A DNA stretch of 48,383 bases from Phascolarctobacterium sp. (GTDB taxonomy: Bacteria; Bacillota; Negativicutes; Acidaminococcales; Acidaminococcaceae): the NCBI GenBank assembly GCA_024405615.1, contig JAKSOK010000001.1, positions 1 to 48,383 on the forward strand. The letters are read 5' to 3'. The translations under genes were made by a program, and so were the position numbers. Numbering within the stretch: position 1 is the stretch's first letter; each line of letters opens with the position of its first letter. Below are positions 1-11,300 of the stretch, piece after piece. The notes beneath the pieces are model-generated. The model was not told the DNA's origin and made no database searches. It was given only the letters and a program-made list of their open reading frames with translations.

Positions 1-488
1 AATTCAACAGCTTGGTCAGGATCGGTATAGGTAGCGTCTTTAGCAGCAACCTTAATAGCGTCTTCAACGCCTGCCAGCTTACCTAATTCAGCTTCTACAA
101 CAACGCCATGTTCATGAGCATATTCAACAACACGACGAGTTAATTCAATATTTTCTTCAAAGGGATGTTTGGAACCATCGATCATAACGGAGGTGAAGCC
201 GCCATCAACGCATTGTTTGCAGATGTCGAAATCTTCGCCGTGGTCCAGATGCAGGCAGATGGGCAGGTTAGTGTCCAGCAGAGCTGCTTCAACTAATTTA
301 GTCAAATAAATGTGGTTAGCGTATTTGCGAGCACCAGCGGAAACTTGCAGGATAACAGGGGATTTCTCTTGTGCAGCAGCAGCTACGATACCTTGGATGA
401 TTTCCATGTTATTTACATTGAAGGCACCAATTGCATAATGACCTTCGTAAGCTTTTTTAAACATTTCTGTAGATGTAACTAAAGGCAT
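1..488 (-). CDS. fba: Class II fructose-1,6-bisphosphate aldolase (5' part; truncated by window edge)
   Basis: Hand translation of the minus strand from ATG 488: MPLVTSTEMFKKAYEGHYAIGAFNVNNME...LHLDHG...GFTSVMIDGS...VEAELG; GGAGG RBS upstream. Confidence 0.96.
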   Translation of the reverse strand, partial: MPLVTSTEMFKKAYEGHYAIGAFNVNNMEIIQGIVAAAAQEKSPVILQVSAGARKYANHIYLTKLVEAALLDTNLPICLHLDHGEDFDICKQCVDGGFTSVMIDGSKHPFEENIELTRRVVEYAHEHGVVVEAELGKLAGVEDAIKVAAKDATYTDPDQAVE

Positions 489-587
489 ATTAAATTCCTC
501 CTTAAATTATATGGATTACTATACACTAATTATAGCCTAATTTATATATTTAGTAAAGCATAATTTGGTGGTAAATAAGAAGATTTG

Positions 588-616
588 TTGCTATAAAGCT
601 CAAGTTGTTGTATAAT
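588..616 (+). promoter_or_regulatory. Sigma-A-type promoter for DUF896-rluA
   Basis: TTGCTA(588-593)-17 nt-TATAAT(611-616). Confidence 0.65.
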
Positions 617-690
617 GGAAAACGAACATTTTTAGAATAATTTTGTGGTAAAAATATATGTAAAAATCACATTTATAGAAGGAGAAAATA

Positions 691-897
691 ATGGCAAGTC
701 CTGAATTTATGGCAAAGGTTAATCGTATAAATGAATTAGCACGTAAGAAGAAAAGTGAAGGCTTAAACGCCGAAGAGCAAGCTGAGCAAAAAGAACTTTA
801 CAAGTGGTATTTGGGCAATATCCGCGCAGCTCTTTCTTCCCAATTGGACAATATTGAGGTTGTAGACGAATTGCCTAAAAATAAGCCTCAGTCATGA
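691..897 (+). CDS. DUF896/UPF0291 (YnzC-like) small protein
   Basis: RINELARKKKSEGLNAEEQAEQKELYKWYL is the typical DUF896 pattern; AAGGAG RBS. Confidence 0.9.
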   Translation: MASPEFMAKVNRINELARKKKSEGLNAEEQAEQKELYKWYLGNIRAALSSQLDNIEVVDELPKNKPQS

Positions 898-1664
898 GTG
901 GTGAAGCAGAAAAAGCGGGAATGGAGCGGGAAATAATTCACGCTCACCAGGTTCCCCCTGAACTTTTAAAGCTCAGAGAGGAACAAAAGCAGTTTGCTTT
1001 TCATAGAGATTTTTGTGACTTTCATTTAGAGCAGGGAAACATTGCTTATGAAGATGATTATATGCTTATCATTGATAAGCCAGCTGGCATGTTGGTCCAT
1101 CCGACTACGCAGGAGGCGGGGACAACGCTCTATGATTATGTACAGGAATACTATGCCGAGAAGGGCATAACGTCAGATATTCATCCTGTTTTAAGACTGG
1201 ATAGAAATACTTCTGGTTTAGTTATTTTCGCTAAAGAACCTATCATTCAATTTTGGCTTTCTCAGCAGGAGGTTCACAAGGAATATTTAGCGATTTGCCA
1301 GGATAATTTTTCTGGAAATCAAGGGGTTGTGGAAGCGCCCATTGCCAGAAAGCTAGATAGCATTATTGAACGCTGTGTAGATTTTGAACGTGGGAAATAT
1401 GCTAAAACTGCTTACGAGGTGCTTTCTAGAAAAAACGGCAGAGCCTTGGTACGCTTGAAGCTTTTTACGGGTAGAACTCATCAGATTAGAGTGCACATGG
1501 CTTATATAGGGTGTCCTTTGGTGCAGGATAACTTATATGGTGAACCTGGACCTCAGGCTAGGCATGCCTTACATGCTTATAAACTGGCATTTAAGCATCC
1601 TGTGGGAGATTATAATTTAGAAATAACACGAGCCCTACCAGATGATTTGGCAAAATTGTTATAA
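894..1664 (+). CDS. RluA-family RNA pseudouridine synthase (no S4 domain)
   Basis: DKPAGMLVHP, RLDRNTSGL (catalytic Asp), TGRTHQIRVH, LHA motifs; ATGA overlap with DUF896. Confidence 0.93.
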   Translation: MSGEAEKAGMEREIIHAHQVPPELLKLREEQKQFAFHRDFCDFHLEQGNIAYEDDYMLIIDKPAGMLVHPTTQEAGTTLYDYVQEYYAEKGITSDIHPVLRLDRNTSGLVIFAKEPIIQFWLSQQEVHKEYLAICQDNFSGNQGVVEAPIARKLDSIIERCVDFERGKYAKTAYEVLSRKNGRALVRLKLFTGRTHQIRVHMAYIGCPLVQDNLYGEPGPQARHALHAYKLAFKHPVGDYNLEITRALPDDLAKLL

Positions 1665-1674
1665 AGGGAAAATA

Positions 1675-1715
1675 AAAAGAGCTTACGTAGAATCCGAAGT
1701 AAGCTCTTTATTTTT
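1675..1715. terminator. Bidirectional intrinsic terminator between rluA and tetR
   Basis: AAAGAGCTTAC...GTAAGCTCTTT stem flanked by A- and T-tracts. Confidence 0.8.
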
Positions 1716-2319
1716 ATTTCTTTAAAGTATCCAGGAAGGAATCGAGATTGCGATAGAGATATTCGATTTCTTTTCCTTCATCAAAGTTGCCTAAAATTTT
1801 TACATGGCTACGCATAAGGAAGAAGAAGAGAATCATACTTTCTAAGGAGAAAGCGACATGAGTTGGCTGCATCTCGGTATCGATTTCACCTTCAGCGATT
1901 GCAGCTTCAACTAATTCAGCCATAAATTTATGTGCGCGATATAAGTAATTTTTTACAAAGCCATCAAAAGTGGGATTGGGCATCAATAATTCACGGAAAA
2001 TCAAATGAATACGATAGGGATGCTCTGCTTGAATTTTAGCGATAGTATCTACATATGCACGTAGTTTTGCTAACGGGGAAATGTCCTGCTTACGGATTTG
2101 ATCTTGGAGACTAATGAAGAACTTAGCGTGGGTTACTAAAACTTCTTGGTAGAGGTTCTTTTTGCCACCGAAATAATAGGAAATTAATGCACTGTTTACA
2201 CCGCTGGCAGAAGCGATTTGTTTTATAGATACAGCGTCAAAATTATCTCTTGCAAAAAGCTCGGTTGCGGCTTCGAGAATCTTAATGGCGCTAGTGGAAA
2301 TGTTTTCTTGTTCGAGCAT
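1714..2319 (-). CDS. TetR/AcrR-family transcriptional regulator
   Basis: N-terminal HTH ILEAATELFA...SIKQIASASGVNSALISYYFGGKKNLY. Confidence 0.93.
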   Translation of the reverse strand: MLEQENISTSAIKILEAATELFARDNFDAVSIKQIASASGVNSALISYYFGGKKNLYQEVLVTHAKFFISLQDQIRKQDISPLAKLRAYVDTIAKIQAEHPYRIHLIFRELLMPNPTFDGFVKNYLYRAHKFMAELVEAAIAEGEIDTEMQPTHVAFSLESMILFFFLMRSHVKILGNFDEGKEIEYLYRNLDSFLDTLKK

Positions 2320-2437
2320 AGTATATACCTCTAAATGTAATTAGAATATTTAACTATCTAATTATACACTAAATTAAATGTTTTGTAACCTTTTTTTCCA
2401 AAATATTTTATGAGTATATAATAATTCCGTGAATTTG

Positions 2438-2466
2438 TTGCTTTGATTAAAGATATTTTGTATAAT
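2438..2466 (+). promoter_or_regulatory. Sigma-A-type promoter for the NUDIX gene
   Basis: TTGCTT(2438-2443)-17 nt-TATAAT(2461-2466). Confidence 0.55.
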
Positions 2467-2522
2467 TGTGTAATATAAGGACTTAAAAAGTTAATTTTGA
2501 AATTGTAAAAGGATTAGACATA

Positions 2523-3026
2523 ATGGAACTTTGGGATATTTATGATAGTAACAAACAAAAAACAGGCAGAACTATGCAACGTAATGATTGGCACATGGGA
2601 CCTGATGAATTTCATCTAACTGTTTTAGGTGTTATTATGCGCCCGGATGGTAAATTCCTGATTACACAACGTGTGATGACTAAAGCTTGGGCTGCTGGTC
2701 ATTGGGAGGTTTCCGGTGGTGGTGCACAGGCTGGTGAGGAGTCTAAAGAGGCTGTTTTACGCGAAATAAAAGAAGAAACAGGTCTTGATGCTTCTAAAGC
2801 AGAAGGGGGCTATGTATTTAGTTATAAACGTGTAAATCCTGATGAAGGTGACAATTATTTTGTTGATATTTATCGCTTTGTCATGGATTTTGACGAGAGT
2901 GATTTGAAACTGCAGGTTGAAGAAACCATGGGCTACAGGCTGGCTACTAAAGAAGAGATTGCAGAGTTAGGGAAACAGGGAATTTTCCTGCACTACGATA
3001 GTATTAAGCAGGTTTTTGAGATTTAA
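2523..3026 (+). CDS. NUDIX hydrolase (IPP-isomerase-like subfamily)
   Basis: Nudix box GGAQAGEESKEAVLREIKEETGL; MELWDIYD N-terminus. Confidence 0.9.
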   Translation: MELWDIYDSNKQKTGRTMQRNDWHMGPDEFHLTVLGVIMRPDGKFLITQRVMTKAWAAGHWEVSGGGAQAGEESKEAVLREIKEETGLDASKAEGGYVFSYKRVNPDEGDNYFVDIYRFVMDFDESDLKLQVEETMGYRLATKEEIAELGKQGIFLHYDSIKQVFEI

Positions 3027-3064
3027 AATTGTTAAATTTCTACATATATGTTTTGCGATTATAC

Positions 3065-3093
3065 TTGTAATAAACTGTAAAATGTGGTACAAT
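3065..3093 (+). promoter_or_regulatory. Promoter for the yebC-ruv operon
   Basis: TTGTAA-17 nt-TACAAT with extended -10 TG. Confidence 0.6.
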
Positions 3094-3141
3094 ATTTTGG
3101 TAAATTTAACAAAACATATCTAAATATGGAGGAGTTATAAG

Positions 3142-3879
3142 ATGTCTGGACATAGTAAATGGGCTAATATTAAACATAAAAAAGGTAAGGCTGACGCACT
3201 GCGTGGCAAAATTACTACTAAAATCAGCCGTGAAATCACCATCGCTGTTCGTATGGGTGGCGCTGATCCTACCGGTAACATGAAATTAAAATTGGCTTTA
3301 ACTAAAGCTAAAGCTAACAATATTCCTAAAGAAAACATTCAACGTGCTATCCAAAAGGGTGCAGGTGCTCTGGATGGTTCTAGCTACGAAGAAATTACTT
3401 ATGAAGGATACGGTCCTGCAGGCGTTGCAGTTATGATCAACTGCCTGACTGATAACCGTAACCGTACTGCTGCAGATGTTCGTCACGTATTCAGCAAATA
3501 CGGCGGCAACCTGGGCGCTACCGGTTGCGTAGGTTATATGTTCAACCTGAAAGGCGTATTCGCTATTTCTCCCGAAGTTGAAGCTGACGAAGATACCGTT
3601 ATGATGGCTGCTTTGGAAGCTGGCGCTGAAGACGTTAAGGCTGAAGACGGTGGCTTTGAAGTAGTTACTTCTCCTGAAGCTTTCGATGATGTTGAAAAAG
3701 CTTTAGCTGATGCTGGCATTGAAGTTGAAGTTGCAGAACTGACCATGGTTCCTGATACCATGACTGAACTGGCAGGCGACGATGCTGAAAAATTCCAAAA
3801 GATGCTGGATGCACTGGAAGAATTAGACGACGTTCAAGACGTTTACCACAGTGCAGATATGCCTGAGGAAGAAGAATAA
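3142..3879 (+). CDS. yebC: YebC/PmpR-family protein
   Basis: MSGHSKWANIKHKK, YEGYGPAG, LTDNRNRT, DDVQDVYH. Confidence 0.97.
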   Translation: MSGHSKWANIKHKKGKADALRGKITTKISREITIAVRMGGADPTGNMKLKLALTKAKANNIPKENIQRAIQKGAGALDGSSYEEITYEGYGPAGVAVMINCLTDNRNRTAADVRHVFSKYGGNLGATGCVGYMFNLKGVFAISPEVEADEDTVMMAALEAGAEDVKAEDGGFEVVTSPEAFDDVEKALADAGIEVEVAELTMVPDTMTELAGDDAEKFQKMLDALEELDDVQDVYHSADMPEEEE

Positions 3880-3895
3880 TTATTTAGATATAGTT

Positions 3896-3925
3896 AAAAG
3901 CAGGCACAAGCTGCCTGCTTTTCTT
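3896..3925 (+). terminator. Intrinsic terminator-like hairpin between yebC and ruvC
   Basis: AAAAGCAGGCA-CAAGC-TGCCTGCTTTT followed by CTT. Confidence 0.65.
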
Positions 3926-3940
3926 GTAATAGGTGTAAAT

Positions 3941-4438
3941 ATGCTGGTATTAGGAATAGACCCTGGCACAGCAATCATGGGCTATGGTGTGGTAGATATG
4001 ACGCATGGGCGCTTGACTCCCATTTTCTATGGCTCCATTCTCACTGATAAAGACATGCTGCCAGAAATGCGTTTGAAAAAAATCTATGATGAACTGTGCG
4101 AATTAATAGAGCATTTTCATTTGGATTATATGAGCATTGAAAAGCTGTACTTTAACCATAACCAAACTACAGCCATTCCTGTTGCCCAGGCTAGAGGGGT
4201 TGCGTTGCTTGCAGCGGCTAACCATGGATTACCGGTGCTGGAATTTACTCCTATGCAAATTAAAATGTCCGTTGTTGGCACAGGTAGTGCTACCAAAGAG
4301 CAGGTTATTTACATGGTACGTAATTTGCTGGACATTAAAGAAAAAATCAAGCCGGATGATACAGCCGATGCTTTGGCTGCAGCCATCTGTGGCTTAAATA
4401 CAGCTATGACACGTAGCTGGCAGGAGGGAGCAAGATGA
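3941..4438 (+). CDS. ruvC: Holliday junction resolvase RuvC
   Basis: LGIDPG, SIEKLYF, AQARG, DDTADALA; start moved to ATG 3941 (AGGTG RBS). Confidence 0.96.
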   Translation: MLVLGIDPGTAIMGYGVVDMTHGRLTPIFYGSILTDKDMLPEMRLKKIYDELCELIEHFHLDYMSIEKLYFNHNQTTAIPVAQARGVALLAAANHGLPVLEFTPMQIKMSVVGTGSATKEQVIYMVRNLLDIKEKIKPDDTADALAAAICGLNTAMTRSWQEGAR

Positions 4439-5049
4439 TAGGTTCTATTAAGGGAACAGTTGCCTACCTAGGCCAGGATTATTGCATTGTTGAAACTCCT
4501 GGTGGTGTAGGTTATAGAGTGTTTATGCCAAGTTCTCATTTGGCACAATTGGTTTTGAATAAAGAGATTAGAGTTCAAACTCATACTGCGGTTCGCGAAG
4601 ATGCTATTTTGCTTTATGGCTTCCTGAACCAAAGCTATTATGATTTGTTTGAATTATTATTGAATGTTAGTGGTGTAGGTCCTAAGTTGGCTTTAGGAAT
4701 ATTATCTGCTATTAAGCCAGATGATTTCTATTTAGCTGTACAATCTCAGGACGTTAAAATGTTGGTAAAACTTCCAGGTATTGGTAAGAAAACTGCTGAG
4801 CGTATGCTTCTGGAATTAAAGGACAAGGTTGGTACCTTTACAGATAATCGTGGTGCAGAATTAGCTCCCAGTATTAGCAATGCTGGTAATAATGACGTGG
4901 CAGAGGCTATTGAGGCTTTAGAGGCTTTGGGCTATGCTCGTAGTGAAATTTTACCCGTATTGAAGCAAATACCTGATTGTAGTTCTCTTTCTAGTGATGT
5001 GATTCTGAAGCAAGCTTTAAAGCTTATGGCTCAGTCAAAGTTTAAGTAA
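4435..5049 (+). CDS. ruvA: Holliday junction branch migration protein RuvA
   Basis: GVGYRV, VREDAILLYGF, VSGVGPKLA, PGIGKKTAER. Confidence 0.97.
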   Translation: MIGSIKGTVAYLGQDYCIVETPGGVGYRVFMPSSHLAQLVLNKEIRVQTHTAVREDAILLYGFLNQSYYDLFELLLNVSGVGPKLALGILSAIKPDDFYLAVQSQDVKMLVKLPGIGKKTAERMLLELKDKVGTFTDNRGAELAPSISNAGNNDVAEAIEALEALGYARSEILPVLKQIPDCSSLSSDVILKQALKLMAQSKFK

Positions 5050-5066
5050 GATTGGTAGGATAGCCT

Positions 5067-6074
5067 ATGGATTTTAGTAGTGAAAGAATAATCGCAGGTG
5101 CGGAGCAGGAGCAGGATACCTGGCAATATAGCTTACGCCCTCGCAATCTAAATGAATATATAGGTCAGCAGCAGGTAAAAAATAATCTAGAGATTTTTAT
5201 TAAAGCTGCAGCTGCCCGCCATGAAGCTTTGGACCATGTTTTACTTTTTGGCCCTCCCGGCTTAGGTAAAACTACTTTGGCTAATATTATTGCTAATGAA
5301 TTAAATGTTAACATTCGTGTTACTAGTGGTCCTGCCATTGAGCGTCAAGGTGATTTAGCAGCAATTTTGACTAACTTGGGCGAGAATGACGTTTTGTTTA
5401 TTGATGAAATTCATCGCCTTTCTAAAACTGTTGAAGAAATCCTGTATTCTGCAATGGAGGATTTTGCTTTAGATATTATTATCGGTAAAGGTCCTAGTGC
5501 TCGTAGTGTACGCTTGGATTTACCGCATTTTACTTTAATTGGTGCAACCACTAGACTGGGTTCTATTGCTGCTCCCTTAAGAGATCGCTTTGGTGTTCAA
5601 TGTCGTTTGGAATTCTATCGTCCTGAAGAATTGCAATTTATTGTTTCTAGAGCTGCGGAGATTTTAGGGGTTAGCATTGATAAGGATGGTGCTGCGCAAA
5701 TAGCAAGTCGTAGCCGTGGTACACCGCGTATTGCTAATAGACTTCTAAAACGCGTACGTGATTTCGCTCAGGTTGCAGGAGTAGAAACCATCAATGGCAA
5801 GCTGGCAGATGAAGCGCTTGGTCGTTTAGAGGTAGATCGTTATGGTTTGGACCGCAACGATAGACGCATTCTTACTGCTATTGTAAAAAGCTTTGGTGGC
5901 GGTCCTGTGGGGATTGAAACCATTGCTGCTGCCGTCAGTGAAGAAAGCACTACTATTGAGGATGTAATTGAGCCTTACTTGATTCAATTAGGCCTTTTAC
6001 AAAGAACACCTCGCGGAAGAATTGCTACCAGAGATGCTTATCGTTATTTAGGAGTTCCTTTTCCTGAAAAATGA
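5067..6074 (+). CDS. ruvB: Holliday junction branch migration helicase RuvB
   Basis: [35 protein letters not shown]. Confidence 0.98.
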   Translation: MDFSSERIIAGAEQEQDTWQYSLRPRNLNEYIGQQQVKNNLEIFIKAAAARHEALDHVLLFGPPGLGKTTLANIIANELNVNIRVTSGPAIERQGDLAAILTNLGENDVLFIDEIHRLSKTVEEILYSAMEDFALDIIIGKGPSARSVRLDLPHFTLIGATTRLGSIAAPLRDRFGVQCRLEFYRPEELQFIVSRAAEILGVSIDKDGAAQIASRSRGTPRIANRLLKRVRDFAQVAGVETINGKLADEALGRLEVDRYGLDRNDRRILTAIVKSFGGGPVGIETIAAAVSEESTTIEDVIEPYLIQLGLLQRTPRGRIATRDAYRYLGVPFPEK

Positions 6075-6096
6075 TTAACAATTAAAGGTATAAAAA

Positions 6097-6771
6097 ATGA
6101 AACTACTATTACATGCTTGCTGTGGTCCTTGTGCTTGTTATCCATCGGAAAAGCTCAAGGCAGACGGCATGCAGTTTGATATTTTATATTTTAATCCTAA
6201 TATACATCCTTATAAAGAATTTAAGCATCGCATGACGACTTTAATGGAGTTTTGTTCTAAACAGCAGATTAAGCTTATCGTTAACAAAAGCTATAATCTT
6301 GAAGAATGTGTTAGGGGAATGCTAAGTGAACCTACTGTACGGTGCGCTTATTGCTATCGTATGCGTTTGCGTTATGCGGCCCAATATGCTAAAGAACATG
6401 GATATGATGCTTTTAGTACTACCCTTTTAGTGAGCATTTACCAAAAGCATGAATTGATTAAAAAGATTGCGGAAGAAGCGGCTGCTGAATTCGACATTCC
6501 TTTTTACTATGAGGATTTTCGCCAGGGATATGACCGTGGTGTTGAGATTAGTCTTGAGCTAGGATTATATCGTCAACCTTATTGTGGTTGTGTGTTTAGC
6601 GAAAGAGACCGCTACGAATTTGAAAAGAAGCGTAAAACGGAACCTCCTACGGAAGAACTGGTGAAAATAGACAAGCTTATTCGCATGGAGAATTTAAGCT
6701 TGGAAAGCGTCAAGGAAAAGGCGCAGAACATAGTGATAGGTTCTCAATTCCCTAATTATCAGAATAAATGA
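6097..6771 (+). CDS. queH: Epoxyqueuosine reductase QueH (DUF208)
   Basis: LLLHACCGPC, NPNIHP, RCAYCY, YRQPYCGC; near queA/tgt. Confidence 0.93.
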   Translation: MKLLLHACCGPCACYPSEKLKADGMQFDILYFNPNIHPYKEFKHRMTTLMEFCSKQQIKLIVNKSYNLEECVRGMLSEPTVRCAYCYRMRLRYAAQYAKEHGYDAFSTTLLVSIYQKHELIKKIAEEAAAEFDIPFYYEDFRQGYDRGVEISLELGLYRQPYCGCVFSERDRYEFEKKRKTEPPTEELVKIDKLIRMENLSLESVKEKAQNIVIGSQFPNYQNK

Positions 6772-6849
6772 TATATTCCTGTTAATTTTTAAGTTCCCAA
6801 TATTACTGTATTGTAGTGCTTTTAGCTTAATAGAAATGAGGTAGGTAGC

Positions 6850-8136
6850 ATGTTTAAGAAATTAATAGGTGCAATATGCATTTCTAGCTGCCTGTTTTAT
6901 GGTTTAAAAGCAGAGGCAACGGATGTAAGAGTTGCCTTAGTACAGGGACAAAAAAATGTAGCTTTAAAAGCAGAGCATGCTTTTAAGGTTTTAGACTTAG
7001 GTACTGGAACAGAGCAAAACTTTCCCAAAGGAAAATATTTTGCTAGAATACAGGATGGGCATATTTATCTTGAAAAAACAGAGTTAGGGCAGGCGATTCA
7101 ATTTATTTCCGTGGATGATAAAGAATTGCCAAGTATTAATGGCCGTAATTATGATGGCCTTCTGAAAATACAAATAGATGGAGAAAATCTCCTGGCAACT
7201 AACACCCTGGAATTAGAAAAGCTGCTATGCCGAGTGTTACCAAGTAAGACCATGCCTATTTGGCCCGATGAAGCTATTAAGGCTCAAGCGGTTGCTGCGC
7301 GTTCTTACATATTGCATCAAAAAGCACAAATGGCAGGTAAGAAATATGATCTAAAAGCCTTAGACGAGGAAACTCCTTATATAGGCTTAGGTCAAAGAGT
7401 GGAAAAGTCGGCTATTAGTAAGCTGATCAAAGAAACTGAAGGACAGTTTGTTGCAGACTATTATGGAAGACCTATTTACGCTCTTACGACCTCTAGTAGT
7501 GGTGGCAAAACTGAAAGCGCAAAAGAGGCTTTAGGCGTTGATTATAGCTATTTAAAATCGGTTAAGGATTTCGACGAAGATAGTCCAGAGCATAAATGGG
7601 ATTTTAGAATCAGTCCTGATTATGTAACAGAGCTTCTGGCACAGCACGGCTTTATCGTTGGTAAGCTAGCTAATGTAAGATTATCGCCGGCTAACGAACC
7701 AGGCGGTGACAGGACTGAAAGTGGCCGTGTGAAATACCTCATTTTGGGTGGTTCCCTTGGTACGGCTAAGCTTAGTGGACAACATTTTGCAGAACTGTTT
7801 AATTTGAATAGCAATAATTTTGATGTACAAACGGGAACACCAGTTCCTGAAAAAATAGAGATACCTATTGAAAATATATATGGTATGGAGATAGGTCGTA
7901 AACAAATACCCATTAAGGTTAAAGAAAAAGAACCTAAGATATGGAATGAGTACATGAGAAGCTATCATGTGCTTACTGGTGGCAAGGATGAAAAGCTGAT
8001 TTTCCGCGGTAAAGGTAAGGGCAAAGGTATAGGCTTGAGTGCGTGGGGAGCAAGAGCTATGGCTAGTGGCGAAGAGCCTAAAAGTTATAAAGAAATCCTA
8101 ATGCACTATTATCCGGGAACCCATTTAGTAAAGTAA
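6850..8136 (+). CDS. SpoIID/LytB-domain secreted peptidoglycan-processing protein
   Basis: Signal peptide; WPDEAIKAQAVAARSY, SSSGGKTE, YLKSV, C-terminal YKEILMHYYPG. Confidence 0.9.
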   Translation: MFKKLIGAICISSCLFYGLKAEATDVRVALVQGQKNVALKAEHAFKVLDLGTGTEQNFPKGKYFARIQDGHIYLEKTELGQAIQFISVDDKELPSINGRNYDGLLKIQIDGENLLATNTLELEKLLCRVLPSKTMPIWPDEAIKAQAVAARSYILHQKAQMAGKKYDLKALDEETPYIGLGQRVEKSAISKLIKETEGQFVADYYGRPIYALTTSSSGGKTESAKEALGVDYSYLKSVKDFDEDSPEHKWDFRISPDYVTELLAQHGFIVGKLANVRLSPANEPGGDRTESGRVKYLILGGSLGTAKLSGQHFAELFNLNSNNFDVQTGTPVPEKIEIPIENIYGMEIGRKQIPIKVKEKEPKIWNEYMRSYHVLTGGKDEKLIFRGKGKGKGIGLSAWGARAMASGEEPKSYKEILMHYYPGTHLVK

Positions 8137-8174
8137 TAAAAGCACTTTAGTGCTGTAAATAAAGGATATACATT

Positions 8175-10363
<2,189 letters not shown>

Positions 10364-10437
10364 AAGGATTTTCTCTAATAAAGGAGAATATTCTAATATT
10401 GCACATATTTGACAAAATGTTCACAAGGAGGTAGGCT

Positions 10438-10713
10438 ATGCAAGGCGATGCTTTGACAATGATAAATTCTATTTTCCCTTTTATCATCATGGGTGGTGTC
10501 TTTTACTTCATGCTTTGGAGACCCCAAAAGCAAGAGCAAAAGAAGCGTCAGGAGATGCTTGAATCTTTAAAGATTGGCGATGATGTGATTACCCTGGGCG
10601 GTATTATTGGTAAAATTACTAAAATTGACGATAGAGAAGTAACCTTAAAAGTTGCTGAAAATGTAGAAATGCAATTTCTGCGTACGGCTATTGGTCATAT
10701 TAAAACTGAGTAA
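10438..10713 (+). CDS. yajC: Preprotein translocase subunit YajC
   Basis: TM helix then YFMLWRPQKQEQKK, GDDVITLGGIIG. Confidence 0.95.
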   Translation: MQGDALTMINSIFPFIIMGGVFYFMLWRPQKQEQKKRQEMLESLKIGDDVITLGGIIGKITKIDDREVTLKVAENVEMQFLRTAIGHIKTE

Positions 10714-11276
10714 TGGATAAAATAGAGCTGCGTAAGCAGTTGAAGGCTCAGCGTAATGCTCTGTCAAGAGAACAGGTTGAGCTGTCAAGTAAACTTGTTT
10801 GTGAGCATATTCTTGCTAGTGATACTTATAGACAAGCTGAAAAGATATTAGGTTATTTGGCCTTTGGCAAGGAACTCTTGGTGGATACAGTTTTACGAAA
10901 AGCACTAGAGGATGGTAAGCAGGTATATGTACCGCATATTATCTCTAACACAGAATTCGTACTAGCTGAACTTAAAAGTTTTGAGAACCTTGCTTTAGAT
11001 AGATATGGTATTCGTTGTGTGAAGGAGCCCTTTGAACTTGGCATTGCTGAACAATTAGATTTGGTCCTGGTACCGGCGGTTGCTTTTGCCAAGGATGGAA
11101 ATCGGATGGGAATGGGGGCTGGCTATTATGACAGATTCCTTTTGAAATGCCCACAGGCAAAGCTTTTTGGCATTGCGTATGCTGCTTTATTGCAGGAGGC
11201 TTTACCTAAAGATCAATACGACGTTGCTGTTCCGTATCTTGTAACTGAAGGTGGGATAGTGAAGACTATCTGCTGA
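10713..11276 (+). CDS. 5-formyltetrahydrofolate cyclo-ligase
   Basis: KIELRK, LVPAVAF, RMGMGAGYYDRFL. Confidence 0.93.
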   Translation: MDKIELRKQLKAQRNALSREQVELSSKLVCEHILASDTYRQAEKILGYLAFGKELLVDTVLRKALEDGKQVYVPHIISNTEFVLAELKSFENLALDRYGIRCVKEPFELGIAEQLDLVLVPAVAFAKDGNRMGMGAGYYDRFLLKCPQAKLFGIAYAALLQEALPKDQYDVAVPYLVTEGGIVKTIC

Positions 11277-11300
11277 TAAATATTGAAGGAGGTATTCATT

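Noticed and set aside
624-637. Possible LexA box (CGAACATTTTTAG) before the DUF896/ynzC-like gene
   Set aside because: Right half lacks GTTC; only a half-site match
3851-3940. Upstream GTG start for ruvC
   Set aside because: Overlaps yebC and a terminator hairpin; RuvC homology begins at ATG 3941
10409-10426. Rex-like 18-mer TTGACAAAATGTTCACAA before yajC
   Set aside because: Two mismatches in the left arm, mid-operon position and no redox rationale; likely chance
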